Shown: piece by piece, positions 1 to 12,072 of the stretch
Layout: each line of letters starts with the position of its first letter
Numbering within the stretch: position 1 is the stretch's first letter
Assembly: GCF_006345805.1 (NCBI RefSeq)
Contig: NC_043011.1
Location: 3,162,001-3,226,000 of the forward strand
DNA: 64,000 nucleotides
Direction: 5' to 3'
Origin: Octopus sinensis
Lineage: Eukaryota
Notes under the pieces: model-generated
The model's input: the letters and a program-made list of their open reading frames with translations, nothing else
Told to the model about the DNA's origin: nothing
Database searches by the model: none
Position numbers and translations under genes: made by a program

Positions 1-446
1 GTTGACAGTATACAACTACTTTATTTCTTCAAAATATTCCCTTTAAGAACATTTATAACATCAGAGATAATCCTATCACCCTCAATTGTAAGTGTGAGGA
101 ACTGTTGTCCAGGTCTTTGTAGATCTCTCAGTATCCAACTATTAGTTCTTTTCCATGTAATTTCCTATTATGCCGTTTGCTTACAGCTATGGTGAAAATT
201 TGCAGAATTCTACAGCATCATTTGAAGGTTTTAATGAAATAGCAAGTTGAGTTTCATTTAATACTGCTTGAATTTTCAGAGCCAGTGTTCATATTTGCTT
301 CAATTGTATGACTTATCTACGCTCTCTGTTTTTTTAATGATAATAAGTGAATAAGGAACATGATACAAATATCTTCATTCCTCTATGTGAGTGTGTTTGT
401 GTGTTGATCAATTAACCCTCGGCCCATCGGTTGATAAAGCCATACC

Positions 447-679
447 TATTTCTTTACTACCCACAAGGGGTTAAACACAGAGGGGACAAACAAGGACAGA
501 CTCACGGATTAAGTTGATTACATCGACCCCAGTGTGTAACTGGTACTTATTTAATCGACCCCGTAAGGATGAAAGGCAAAGTCGACCTCGGTGGAATTTG
601 AACTCAGAACGTAATGGCAGACGAAATACGGCTATGCATTTTGCCCGGCATGCTAATGTTTCTGCCAGCTCGCCGCCTT
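447..679 (-). mobile_element. tRNA-derived SINE (type B, Meta-domain-like core), full length
   Basis: Reverse strand reads GGCGGCGAGCTGGCAGAA...GAGTTCAAATTCC (A/B box-like head), then GCCTTTCATCCT..GGTCGAT..AAGTACCAG, ending AAAGAAATA. 13-bp TSD ATAAAGCCATACC at 434-446 and 680-692. Similar copies at 21.85 and 56.07 kb. Confidence 0.85.
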
Positions 680-1139
680 ATAAAGCCATACCATCACTTC
701 TTGATCTGCGACCTAGTCTGCATTAGACAAGTGGTATGCTATGTATCAGTAGAGGTTATGTATTTTAAGCAAACTCATAGTGCAGGTCATTCAGTGACAA
801 CATGAGGACAAATCAAGCAATAGCATTGGGGACAGGTGGAGAAAGCTACGGGGGGGGGGGGTCTGTAGCTTGAGCTTTTTTCATATGGTGATATGAAGTA
901 GATGGCTGTTCAGTGAAACTTATGAGGGCAATTTCACAATGTCTCTTCTTTGATCTTCAGAGCAGCCTATTTAGGATGGCACTGTTTTCTCTCGTGTGGA
1001 GAGGGGCTAGAAAAGGTGCCCTAGAAATTGTTTGCTCACACTATCCAGTCATTATACTGCAAATAACTGGAATTTCAAGAATGTAGTTGAAAAATATGAG
1101 AAGACGAAGGATAAAGTGGGGGGAAACAAATATGAGTAC

Positions 1140-1400
1140 AGTAGGTTGGAACATACATACACTCCAGGACCACAAGAAAATGGAGTACAAAACAATACTT
1201 ATAAAAGTAAAAATCTTAGTATTGCTGCTCTTTCAGAGACAAGGCTACCAGGTCCTGGTCAGCTGAATGAAATAGTTGGAGGATACACTTTCTTCTGGAT
1301 TGGTAAATCCGAAGTGGAATAATGGGAATATTTGTGGGTTTCACTATTAATAATGTTATCGTACATTAACTAGAATCTTTACCAAATAGAATTAATTATT
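1140..1400 (+). mobile_element. RTE-clade LINE endonuclease (APE) remnant
   Basis: ORF 1032-1322 ends in IAALSETRLPGPGQLNEIVGGYTFFWIGK, the typical RTE/BovB endonuclease N-terminal motif. The frame then breaks. Confidence 0.8.
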
Positions 1401-1429
1401 GTCTTACATCAATGGAATTAATGATTGCC

Positions 1430-1724
1430 GTACTTATTCTATCGGTCTCTTTTGCTGATTGTCAAGCAGTGATGGGGGGACAAACACAGACACAAAGGCA
1501 CACACGCACACTTTGATGTGAGGAAAAATATAGACAAAGGCACATACACACACATTTATAAATATACAAAGGACTTCTTTCAGTTTCTGTCTACCAAGTC
1601 CACTCACAAGGCTTTGGTTGGCCCAAGGCTATATTAGAAGACACTTGCACAAGATGTCACACAGTGGGAGTGAACTTGGAACCACGTAGTTAGGAAGCAA
1701 GCTTCTTTCCACACAGCCATGCCT
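1430..1724 (-). mobile_element. tRNA/CORE-type SINE (type A), diverged and partial
   Basis: Reverse-complement match to the type A copies at 7085, 10329 and elsewhere, including the GGCAAGTGTCTTCTA-like core and part of the 3' module. Confidence 0.75.
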
Positions 1725-1907
1725 GTGTATGTATTACATCTTTATATTTATTCATTATTACATATCTTAAAGATTTCATTTCATTTTTCTCATATGATCG
1801 TGTATATGTCTGTGTGTGAGTGAATCTACATTTTATGAATATAAATATATGTTTTTACATATACCTATACATACACACAAATTTATTTCTATTTATCTTT
1901 CTGTCTG

Positions 1908-1991
<84 letters not shown>
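1908..1991. repeat. (TCTA)n microsatellite
   Basis: Directly visible perfect tetranucleotide run. Confidence 0.95.
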
Positions 1992-2190
1992 CACCCACAT
2001 ACACACATATATATGTATGTATATAGTTATGTATATGCACGTGTGTGTGTGTTTACATATAGTTAAATGTACATATGTAAATGTGCATGTGTGTGTGTGC
2101 ATCCATGTGTCTGTATAAGTAAATAGCTATATGTAAATTTTTAAAACTATCTCATTAAATACTTCACAAAAAAAATATACACTCCAACAG

Positions 2191-2593
2191 AATTCAACTG
2201 TAGAAATATTTTTAAATATTAACACTAGTTATTATAGAGATATCAGAGAAATAACTGTTAGAGAGAGACAATATGAAAAATTTGACATTTGAAGTGGAAC
2301 ATGATTTTAGAAAAATATTCTATGATCATATAATTTAATATTTTCTGAAGCAAAACACATATATGTTGTACGAACATTATTAAAATTGGTAATACAAGAA
2401 GTCAATGTTGATTAACAGGCGAAAAAAATTATTATAAATATCAAAAATCCTCAAGAAAAATTATTTTCAAGAATTTTTCTAATATACCATTCCACTTCAA
2501 ATACCAAAGTTCTCATTTTATCTCCATAGTAGCTATTTCTCTAATATCTTTCTAATAACCGTTCATAATATTTTAAAATGTTTCTGTTGAATT
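2191..2593. repeat. Degenerate inverted repeat (old MITE-like foldback)
   Basis: 2191-2321 aligns by eye with the reverse complement of 2470-2593 (e.g. TTTGAAGTGGAA/TTCCACTTCAAA; AATTCAAC/GTTGAATT). Confidence 0.6.
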
Positions 2594-2731
2594 ATGTGTT
2601 TGTATTTTTTCGGTATATCATATTTAATGAGCTTTGTTCTTGAAAATTATTTATACTCATGTACACAAATATATACTTACTCAGACATACATACATACAT
2701 GCATGGATGCATGCATGCATGCATACATACA

Positions 2732-2764
<33 letters not shown>

Positions 2765-2889
2765 GTTGTGCACATGTGTGTTTGTATACTTGTATATAAA
2801 AATATGTACAATTATATATGTTTATATATATGTATATATATACACATCATACATATGTATACACACATGTGAGTGTTAGTATGTAGATG

Positions 2890-2924
<35 letters not shown>

Positions 2925-3299
2925 GAATGAGAAATTAAATGAAATATAGGTTTCTGTGAAATACTTTGATCGTGCATTTTATAATGATTATATGTAACTA
3001 TTGAGAGGCCGTACCAACTAGATATTTTAACTTGCTGTTAAATGTAGCGATTTTAAGCTGTTAAAAAGTAAACAGTGAAACTTTCTGATTTTACTTTGTG
3101 TCTCCTGATATCTAAATAAAACATACACAGATTCTAATCTGGTGATGTTAGGTGGAAATACTGGATTAAGGCAACTATTTTTTAATATTTTACTTTCTGT
3201 GTGGTTATTTGCAGACATTTAGAAGCACATTTCAGTATGTTCAGTTCCTAGAAAAGTCACTCAGCCACCTATTGTCCTATTGTTCACACTTCTAGCATC

Positions 3300-4050
3300 A
3301 TCATCATCATTATCATCATTTAGCGTCCATGGTCCATGCTGGCATAGGTTGGATGATTTGACCAGGGCTGGCAAGCTGGAAGGACTCCAGTCTGATTTGC
3401 CATGGTTCCTATGACTGGATGCCCTTCCCAATGCCAACTACTCTGAGAGTGAAATGGATGCATTTATGTGCCACTGACATAGGTGCCATTTGTGTGACAC
3501 TGGTATCTGCCAACACTGTGATTTTACTTGGCTTGACAGGTCTTCTTCTCTAGCATGACATAAGGCTAAAGGTCTCAGTCATTGCCTCTGCAAGGCCCAA
3601 CACTTGAAAGGAGCTTTTTACGTACCACTGGTATCAGCCACTTTGCCTCCATAAGGCCTAATGCTTGCATGGTGTTTTTTCAGGTGCCACCAGCATGGAT
3701 GCCAGTTACACAACACCAGTATCAGCCATCACAGTGATTTCATTTGGCTTGGTAGGTCTTCTCAAGCATAGTATATTGCCAAAGGTCTCAGTCACTAGTC
3801 ATTGCATTTGTGAGGCTCAAATTTCGAAGATCATACTTCACCACCTCATCCCATGTCTCCTTGGGTTTACTTCTACCACAGGTTCCCTCCACAGTTAGAA
3901 ACCGGCAATTCTTTACACAGCTGTCCTTGTTCATATGCATCCCATGACCACACCAGCATAGTCATCTCTCTTGCACACCACATCTGATGCCTCTTATGCC
4001 CAACTTTTATCTCAAGATGCTCACACTCTGTCAAACATTGATGCCCACCA
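3300..4050 (-). mobile_element. RTE-clade LINE 3' end with (GAT)n tail
   Basis: Minus strand encodes a decayed GIRCGVQER.L.W.GH.M.M..DSCVK motif, followed by a 3' UTR ending in (GAT)n at about 3300. Confidence 0.75.
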
Positions 4051-5322
4051 TCACCTTAAATCCCTCTCTCTTTCTCTCTTCTCTAATCATTAGAAGACTG
4101 AATTTTCTATGTTACTTCACAGTGAGTTTTCATTTTAGAGAAGTTTGGTGAAAGCAGTGTTTTTGCCCTTGTTATCTGCAAAACCTTCTAGTGTGTCTAA
4201 CATTCAAATCTCCTATCAAAATATTCTGCTTGTGAGCTACACACAGCTCTCTTCTCTTGGACATGTGTTGATGCTGCTCTTTCTGCCTCAATCTCTATAG
4301 ATTCAGGTGTTGCCAGAGTTTTGTTTCTCACTCTCATTTTTCTATGCATCAGCGATTTACTTGATACCAATTTCTTTTCTTGTGCAGTAATGCCCATTTC
4401 TCTCTAACCTCTCTGCTAGTAATACCCATTCCCCACTCTAACCTTCTCCAACTATGTATCTTTCTCATACAGTCTAGAAATCACATGCCAAACCTGCAAT
4501 GATTCCTGGAACCATGCCAATCTAGTTTCCTTTATAAATAGTAAAAATAAAGTAAAAGAAACTCAAGGGAACATCTACCCCCCCCCCTACTACACCCCTA
4601 GACACGAGTGTCAGAGCAAGAAATGATTCATCTAAGGCTTTCAGTAATTTATAGTAAACTCTCAAAACAAATAATTCATCAGACATTTACAGGTCCACAA
4701 TTATAAAAATAATAAAAATTCTCAGTAGTAAACCATTCTTCTTTAGGGATTGTTAAAATAAATTTTGTTTGCTGGATTCCACTGTAAAAAAGTGAAACAA
4801 AAAATGGAATCCTTTTGAGGTATTCTACATATATTTGGTAGGTAATAAGGGGCATCGATGATATTGAGAGATATCACAGAATTTGCACTATGCATCTCTT
4901 TCTAATCATTCTCAATACTTTTATCCTTGTTCTCTATTTCCTCTTCATCCTCATCATCTTCACATTCATTATTGTAATTATTTCAACATCTGTTTCTATG
5001 GTAACATTGGTTAAGCCATCTTGTATTGTCATGTTTTAGAAGTCTGATTTCTTGAACATTATGTGACTTTAGGTTTTGTTTTGAAACAGCAACTTGAAAT
5101 AACGAAGTGCAACAGTTCTAATTAATGGAACTCAAATCATGCATAACTAAAACTCATCCCCATTTACAAACTCAGACTGCCTGCCATCTGCTCTTCTCAC
5201 AGTAGTACTCTAACACTACAAAATAATTTGTCTGCTACTCAGTGCTCTCAGGATAAGGAATTCAATTTATGCTGAACTTTCAGCAACTAATTCATAACTT
5301 GTTATTTTGGTTTTTGGTGACT

Positions 5323-5389
5323 GTGTTTCATGTATGTTGCTTGAGTTAACTTTATGAAGGAGTTGACTCAAGCAACAATTATGAAACAC
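5323..5389 (+). other. 67-nt imperfect hairpin (pre-miRNA-like geometry)
   Basis: 28-bp arms at 5323-5350 and 5362-5389, 11-nt loop. 24/28 Watson-Crick pairs plus 2 G-U wobbles on the + strand. Confidence 0.35.
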
Positions 5390-5469
5390 CAGACAACAAA
5401 ATTGTGCTAAAGTGACAATCAAAATAACAAAATAAACAACTGTAACAAACAAGCACAATTTCTATCTGT

Positions 5470-5706
5470 GGGATGACGTCAGCAGCTGGGCACGTTGACC
5501 AGAATTTGGGGCAACCGGAAGGGGCAGCCAAGAGGCACATGCAGGGAGCGGTGATTTCGGCCTTTCGAACCAGGGTTGTCGAGGTGTTAAGACGTGTGAA
5601 GACGTTGCTAAGGTTGGGTGAAGCAGCTACTATCTTTAGCGTTCGGGTCGGGGCTGTGACAAAGGATCCGTTACCACTGAAGGGTCTCTATCAGGGCGAA
5701 GAGAAG
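5470..5706 (+). promoter_or_regulatory. CpG-rich promoter / first-exon candidate
   Basis: About 16 CpGs in ~260 bp of non-repeat DNA in an otherwise CpG-poor window. TGACGTCA (CRE) at 5474-5481, CAGCTG at 5483-5488, CCGGAAG (ETS) at 5515-5521. Splice donor AAG|GTAGGT after 5706. A possible ATG at 5539 gives 56 codons up to the donor. Confidence 0.55.
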
Positions 5707-6739
5707 GTAGGTGCTTTTATATTCGAATCTCGCACACACTACACTATCCTCAAATGAAAATTCTACACAGATAGATTTATAGGTTCCATCTGTTCATTTT
5801 ATATTAAAGAACAGTTTGACTCCGTGCAATGGCTGCTTGAACAGACTGTAATATTTGATTTTGTGTAAGAATCGCTGCTACTATTGTTGTTCTTATTACT
5901 GTCACTGTCGTCAAGGCAACTTATTTGACTATTTGGAACATTTTTATTAATTGTTCACTCAAAAATTCATTTTCTTTCACCTTTTGTACTTTAGTTGTGT
6001 ATTTTGACTTGATGTTGTCTTTTCATTGTGTTGTTTTATCTTGTAACATAATTGTGTGTGTGTGTGTTTGTGTGTGTGCTAATTAGATTAAAATGTGAAA
6101 ATATAAAGTGTATAAATAAAATTCTTAAAGTTTATGAAAGAACTTTTTTCTATTGTCTGAACTTTGGTATCCTTAGGCAGTTACAGTTCTTTTTACAAAT
6201 ACTACAAATACAATGCAAATTTCATTTGGTAATACTTGAATACCCCTGCTTCATAGTGAAAATCCCAAATTGTATTTCCACACCACATGTGCTTCCATAT
6301 ATATTAGCCAAATACTTGGAAACCCCAAAGTATCAGAACTACAAAAAACTGTTCTCGTAGATAATGCCCACATTATGAGAAAGACATTGTTGGCCTGAAA
6401 ATACCTGATTCTCTTATAATTCTTTGAAATCTGAAGTATTCCAAATTTAATACAATTTTAGTTCTCAGATTCTGGTTTCCTTGCTTTACAATATAACATT
6501 GCTAATCTTTAATGACACCCATAGTAAAACATCCAACTTGCTATTACTTAAGACTTGGAACAACTTGTATAAAATAAATCAACAGCAATGCAAATAACAA
6601 TAATAAAATAACAATAAAAATTGCAGAAGTAGTTGTTTTTGTTACTTACTGGCAGGGAATAAAAAAAATCAACAACAGGAATTATGAAAATGTTGAAATC
6701 TAAGTAAAAAATTTGAACTTTAGGATGCTATGCTAAAAT

Positions 6740-7058
6740 GGTAACAAGAAATGCCCCTACATTGTCATTACCAGGGGAAACTGAACTGGGTGGAAATAAA
6801 AGAAGCACATCATTAACTGAGAAGGGCAGTCCTAAAATCTGAGGTAGAAAGATTCTTGATTGTAGCCAAGGATTGAGGACTTCACACCATAAAGCACCAA
6901 AAAGCATGTTATGAAGTAGAATATAGTAACTGCAAGATATATGAAGTTTTGGAAGAAACAAATAGCCTCATTGCTTCTGATAACCAATCTTGGCCAAAAG
7001 AGAATACATCCACAAGTATAACAGATTTCATACATTGGAAATTATGCCAACATTATTA
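6740..7058 (+). mobile_element. R4/Dong-clade LINE remnant (zinc-knuckle region)
   Basis: Decayed W.R..LKSEVE.FL.VA.D.GL.T, then C..C..EET and ..HWKLCQHY. Interrupted by a mariner and apparently resumes at about 8505. Confidence 0.6.
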
Positions 7059-7062
7059 AATA

Positions 7063-8503
7063 CAAGGGCCATTTTAAAATTTCATAGGTGCAGGAGTGTC
7101 TGTGTGGTAAGTAGCTTGCTAACCAACCACATGGTTCCGGGTTCAGTCCCACTGCATGGCATCTTGGGCAAGTGTCTTCTACTATAGGCTTGGGCCGACC
7201 AAAGCCTTGTAAGTGGATTTGGTGGATGGAAACTGAAAGAAGCCTGTCGTATATATGTATATATACATATAAATGTATGTGTGTGTATATGTTTGTCTGT
7301 GTTTGTCCCCCTAACATTGCTTGACAACCGATGCTGGTGTGTTTACGTCCCCGTCACTTAGCAGTTCGGCAAAAGAGACCGATAGAATAAGTACTGGGCT
7401 TACAAAGAATAAGTCCCGGGGTCGATTTGCTCGACTAAAGGTGGTACTCTAGCATGGCCGCTGTCAAATGACTGAAACAAGTAAAAGAGTAAAGAGTAAA
7501 AGAGTATCAAGATACTCTTGTGGAATGTTACCAAGTAAGGTTTATTTTTCTACATAGTCTCCCCTTGTGGTCTAAGCCAGGAGAATGGGGAGGGCGATAC
7601 AAGTTCAAAGCCACACTCATGCAGAGCATGCACTAAAACCAAAGGCTTGTGTGTTGGAGCATTATCCTGATGAAACAAAGCACTTTTTGTCAGTTTTCCT
7701 GGGCATTTAATATTGATAGCCTTTTGAACTGTTGCCCTTTTCAAGATAGTCAAATACCTTTTGCCTTCCAAAAAAACCGAGGCCATCACCTTCTCTGCAG
7801 ATGAAAGGACTTTGGCCTTCTTTGGAGCAGGTGAAGAAGAGTGTTTCAGCTGTATAGACTATCTTTTTGTTTCTGGTTCAAAGTGATGAACCCAACACTC
7901 AAGCCTAACTTAGGAAACCAGCTGGATCTACCCCAAACAATATCGGATTTTCCTATAATGTGATCAGCCTGGTGTATTTTTGATCAAGTGTCAGAAGACA
8001 TGGCACCCACCGAGCAAAAACCTTCATCATGCCAAGCTCATTTAGCTAAATATTCCCAACTCTTTCTTGAGATATGCTAAGAGGATTGGCTATTTGATTT
8101 ATAGTCAATCGCCTGTGGTGAACATAATCAAGGTTTTCTTCAGTGGCTGAAGTTGCAAGACATCCAGACCTTCCCCTCCTAAATTCAGCTACCCACTTTT
8201 GCACTATCGATAAAGCTGGAGTGTCATCTCCTAGTGTAGCAACCATGTCAGCATGAATGTCCTTAGGTGCCAAACCCTTTTTTGGCAAGTACTTGATAAC
8301 AGCACAATGTCAAATTTTGTCAATTTTCAAGAGAAGTCACTAGTAGTTACTACTGAAGTCTTCTTTGCACAGCCAGATGTCAATCTAACTGGAAAGAAAG
8401 AATGCAGTTATTGATAAGAAGAGCTGAAATTTATGCATGCAAGATTTCACGGCTTAAACATCAGTTGTTTATAGTCAGCCTATGAACTTATCAGCCTGCT
8501 CTC
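7063..8503 (-). mobile_element. mariner transposon, decayed, with a SINE inserted in its 3' TIR region
   Basis: ORF pieces KGLAPKDIHADMVATLGDD..VQKWVAEFRRGR, LFHQDNAPTH, GFELV and terminal DYVEK*. Degenerate TIR-like ends near 7063 and 8503. Confidence 0.85.
7085..7506 (+). mobile_element. tRNA/CORE-type SINE (type A)
   Basis: tRNA-like head with GGGTTCAGTCCC, TTGGGCAAGTG CORE-like block, internal (TA)/(TG) tract, shared 3' module ending ACTGAAACAAGT(AAAGAGT)n. Confidence 0.9.
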
Positions 8504-10027
8504 ACAACAACAGAAAAAAGGTGTTGAAAGTATTCATGAGAAATGGTCTTAGAGAATGTTGAAAGGAATACAAAGAAGAATACTCTGTGTTTTCGCACTT
8601 TCTGCAGGCTCATTGGAGGATTTGTATATGGATCTCTTGAACTGGGCACTTTAGAGTGGAATATTTTAGTGTTAAGTATCCTGGTTAATCTTTACAATAC
8701 ATTGCTGTGCTAGAGTATGACTCGTGCCAGCTTCTCATCTCTAACCATAACCATTTGGCTATCCTCATTCTCAAGTACCAGCAAGCTATACTGCAAACTA
8801 TATCAGCAAAATATTGGAAATATATCATAGACAGTGCTAGAGTAGCATGCCCTAGCCCCTAATAAAAGTGATTTTAAATTTATTTCAATTTGATTGAAAT
8901 GAATGAATATTTTATGTTTAAAAGCTTTTACAACAAACAATCTACTATAGTCGACTGTTTATTGAATTATTAGTAAACATGGCCTTGGAATCAGTAAAAT
9001 GTTACCATGATCATTACCAATTCCTATTAAGATATTTTAGTAATGTGTCAAGGGATGTTGTATAATGGCCATAAAGCATATATTAGGGATGCTGATAAAA
9101 TTCTTCTACATTAGTTGCATTTATTTCACATAACTTTTTAGCATATTTACTTTATTTATGAGTGGAATATAATGACATTTAGAAATGGGAATTATTGAGT
9201 ATCTTGGAATGTGAGAAGAGTTATTAGATCAGGGATACAAAAAAAAAATTCTGCTTCCAGATTGGATTTTTTTCTGGATTCCTATATGACTTGTGCTCTT
9301 AGGAAAGGCATGAAAGTCACAATATTATCATATCAAAACTCACCTAAAAGTTGAATGATGACAAATTCTGCATTGGTAGGGACAACAGGCACTCAGTTGC
9401 TTGATCATATGTTCGACCTACTTGTTGAATTAAAGAATATTCCACAGATGTATAAACTGTTAGCATAATTCTCAGATAAAATCAGTCTGATGTGATAGGT
9501 GACAAGACAGCACCTTTGAATCGCAGGTATAATTCATCCAATGGGCTGCCACAGAGCCTTTAAGTTCACACTCAAAATTAGTATGAACCAAAAATTATGG
9601 TTAAAGGCATTTATCCATAGTGCCATACACGGGATTGAATCTTAGACCTCGTTGTTGGCGAATGTCATTACTCAAAGCAATAAAAAAGAAATAAAAAGTA
9701 TTTTGTACTCAAAATCTTTATCAGTTTTTCTTGAATATTATCACAACTACTACTATTACTACTACTGCCACTACTATTACTAGATATATTTTGCAGTCTT
9801 TGAATATGTCACTTTGACCATCTTCATTTATGGCTGTTAGCCAATTCTTTTTGCCAAGTCATCCTTTTAGTGTTCTGATCGCATTTATTTCCAAACGCTT
9901 AAGAAGCAGAACGAAGAGAAATTATCCCAATTCATGGTGTTAAAGACCTCCCACTCCCATACTGCCAATTCTTGACTAGACAGAAAATAGAATATTTTAT
10001 ATTCTTATTTTTACACTTTTATTCCAG

Positions 10028-10268
10028 ATATTTAAATGTACTTCAAAGGGCTGCTATCAAGTTTACTCATACATCTCTTGATCCTGAAAGCCATTATTCA
10101 ATATTAAAACACATCAATAGCAGCAGAATTGCAGAATGGGAGGACATCAGACTAAATGCTTTATATCATTTTATGGTGTCCCTTTATGATGCAAGTTCCA
10201 ACCCTGCTGAGAGTAGATTTGCCTTTATATTTTATGAGCTGATAAAAGTACTGCAGTCACTCAAATGA
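10028..10268 (+). CDS. Candidate terminal coding exon, product unidentified
   Basis: Strong acceptor TTTTTACACTTTTATTCCAG| followed by ~79 open codons (YLNVLQRAAIKF...FYELIKVLQSLK*) in non-repetitive sequence. Family not recognised, and a LINE C-terminal origin is not excluded. Confidence 0.4.
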
Positions 10269-10328
10269 TTGTATCACCTTCTAAAATGTATGGCATTATA
10301 CTTGAATATCAATATTAGATATTAGTAT

Positions 10329-10506
10329 TAGGCGCAGGAGTGGCTGTGTGGTAAGTAGCTTGCTAACCAACCACATGGTTCCGGGTTCAGTCCCACTGCG
10401 TGGCATCTTGCGCAAGTGTCTTCTGCTGTAGCCCCGGGCCGACCAATGCCTTGTGAGTGGATTTGGTAGACGGAAACTGAAAGAAGCCCGTCGTATATAT
10501 GTATAT

Positions 10507-10565
<59 letters not shown>

Positions 10566-10778
10566 TTGTGTGTCTGTGTTTGTCCCCTAGCATTGCTTGA
10601 CAACCGATGCTGGTGTGTTTACGTCCCCGTCACTTAGCGGTTCGGCAAAAAAAGAGACCGATAGAATAAGTACTGGGCTTACAAAAGAATAAGTCCCGGG
10701 GTGGATTTGCTCGACTAAAGGCAGCGCTCCAGCATGGCCGCAGTCAAATGACTGAAACAAGTAAAAGAGTAAAGAGTA
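10329..10778 (+). mobile_element. tRNA/CORE-type SINE (type A)
   Basis: Near-identical to other type A copies, long internal (TA)n(TG)n, AGTATTA at both flanks. Confidence 0.9.
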
Positions 10779-10805
10779 TTAAAACACAGCTTCAAGACAG
10801 AATTA

Positions 10806-11027
10806 TCAGCCTTTAGCATTGAGATTATCAAATGTAATGTTTATTTATATACATAGATTTGAATTAATTATTCCTTATCCTGTGGTCTCAAAATTTCAAT
10901 GATGTGATTATTTATTTTTACAACGCCATTGTAGGGTAGGTGTGAGATGTTGGATTTGGCCAGTTAGAGCATAAAAGATGTAGAATATTTTGGCCAGATA
11001 AGGCTGACCTAAATGCTTAAGGGTTAA
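10806..11027. mobile_element. piggyBac-type MITE (family A), diverged
   Basis: Ends CCTTTAGCATT...AATGCTTAAGGG-TTAA. Reverse-orientation match to 23867-24089. Confidence 0.65.
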
Positions 11028-11664
11028 AACATATTTACATCACAGCGCTTATCATAGGGCTTTGAAACTTCTATATTGCCGCATACATTAACTGTTTGCC
11101 AGTGCTAAGATATTTGATGATCTCACAAGACCTATTTTTCAGTACTAAGCTATTTCCTCAGAATTAGGACTCTCTCCATGGAAATGTCTCCACTCACATT
11201 AAGATATATTTATATCATAAGATGAGTGCTATTACTCACTGCTAAATCATAAACTCGTGTCATCACAATGGCTGCTAGATAACGTTAAAACGTCTCTAAA
11301 CCAAAAAAGATATTAATAAATAGAACAACAAATTGTAACAAATGGTTATATAAACTTTCCTCTGCTCTACTGCAACAAATTGGTGATCCAAATATCAAAG
11401 GCAGTCTTTTGTACATCAGTGGGAAGTCAGTGAGAGATTTGCTGTATAGTATCTATGTTAGCATTTGTTTTGATTATAAGTTAATGCAAAACGGAAATAT
11501 GCAAAGAGAAGATAAGGTGGCAATGTAGGAATTCCATTTCTGTGGATTGCACATTCTGTCTATTTTGTTTTTGTATTAAAGATAGTGAAGTTATGTGATA
11601 AAAAATTGATGGACATTGATAGTAGATGGGAAAGTAGTTAGATGAAAGAATATGTTAAAAGCTG

Positions 11665-12072
11665 CTCTTTTCTCTTTTACTCTTTTACTTGTTTCAGTCA
11701 TTTGACTGCAGCTATGCTGGAGCACTGCCTTTAGTCGAGTGAATCGACCCCGGGACTTATTCTTTGTAAGCCCAGTACTTATTCTATCGGTCTCTTTTGC
11801 CAAACCACTAAGTGACGGGGACGTAAACACACCAGCATCGGTTGTCAAACAATGCTAGAGGGACAAACACAGACACACAAACACATATATACACATACAT
11901 ACACACATATATATATATATATATACGACAGGCTTCTTTCAGTTTCCGTCTATCAAAGGCATTGGTCAGCCCGAGGCTATAGCAGAAGACACTTGCCCAA
12001 GATGCCACGCAGTGGGACTGAACCCAGAACCATGTGGTTGGTAGGCAAGCTACTTACCACACAGCCACTCCT
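11665..12072 (-). mobile_element. tRNA/CORE-type SINE (type A)
   Basis: Reverse complement of the type A consensus. Confidence 0.9.

Noticed and set aside
187-250. Terminal exon of an upstream gene (acceptor TTTGCTTACAG at 186)
   Set aside because: Only about 20 codons before a stop in either usable frame, with no supporting context. The candidate at 31539 with AATAAA near 31836 is similarly weak.
8615-9320. Internal exons linking the 5.5-kb first exon to the 10.03-kb exon (acceptors at about 8614 and 9260; another candidate at about 5771-5864)
   Set aside because: Acceptors look plausible, but I found no set of canonical donors giving a continuous frame.
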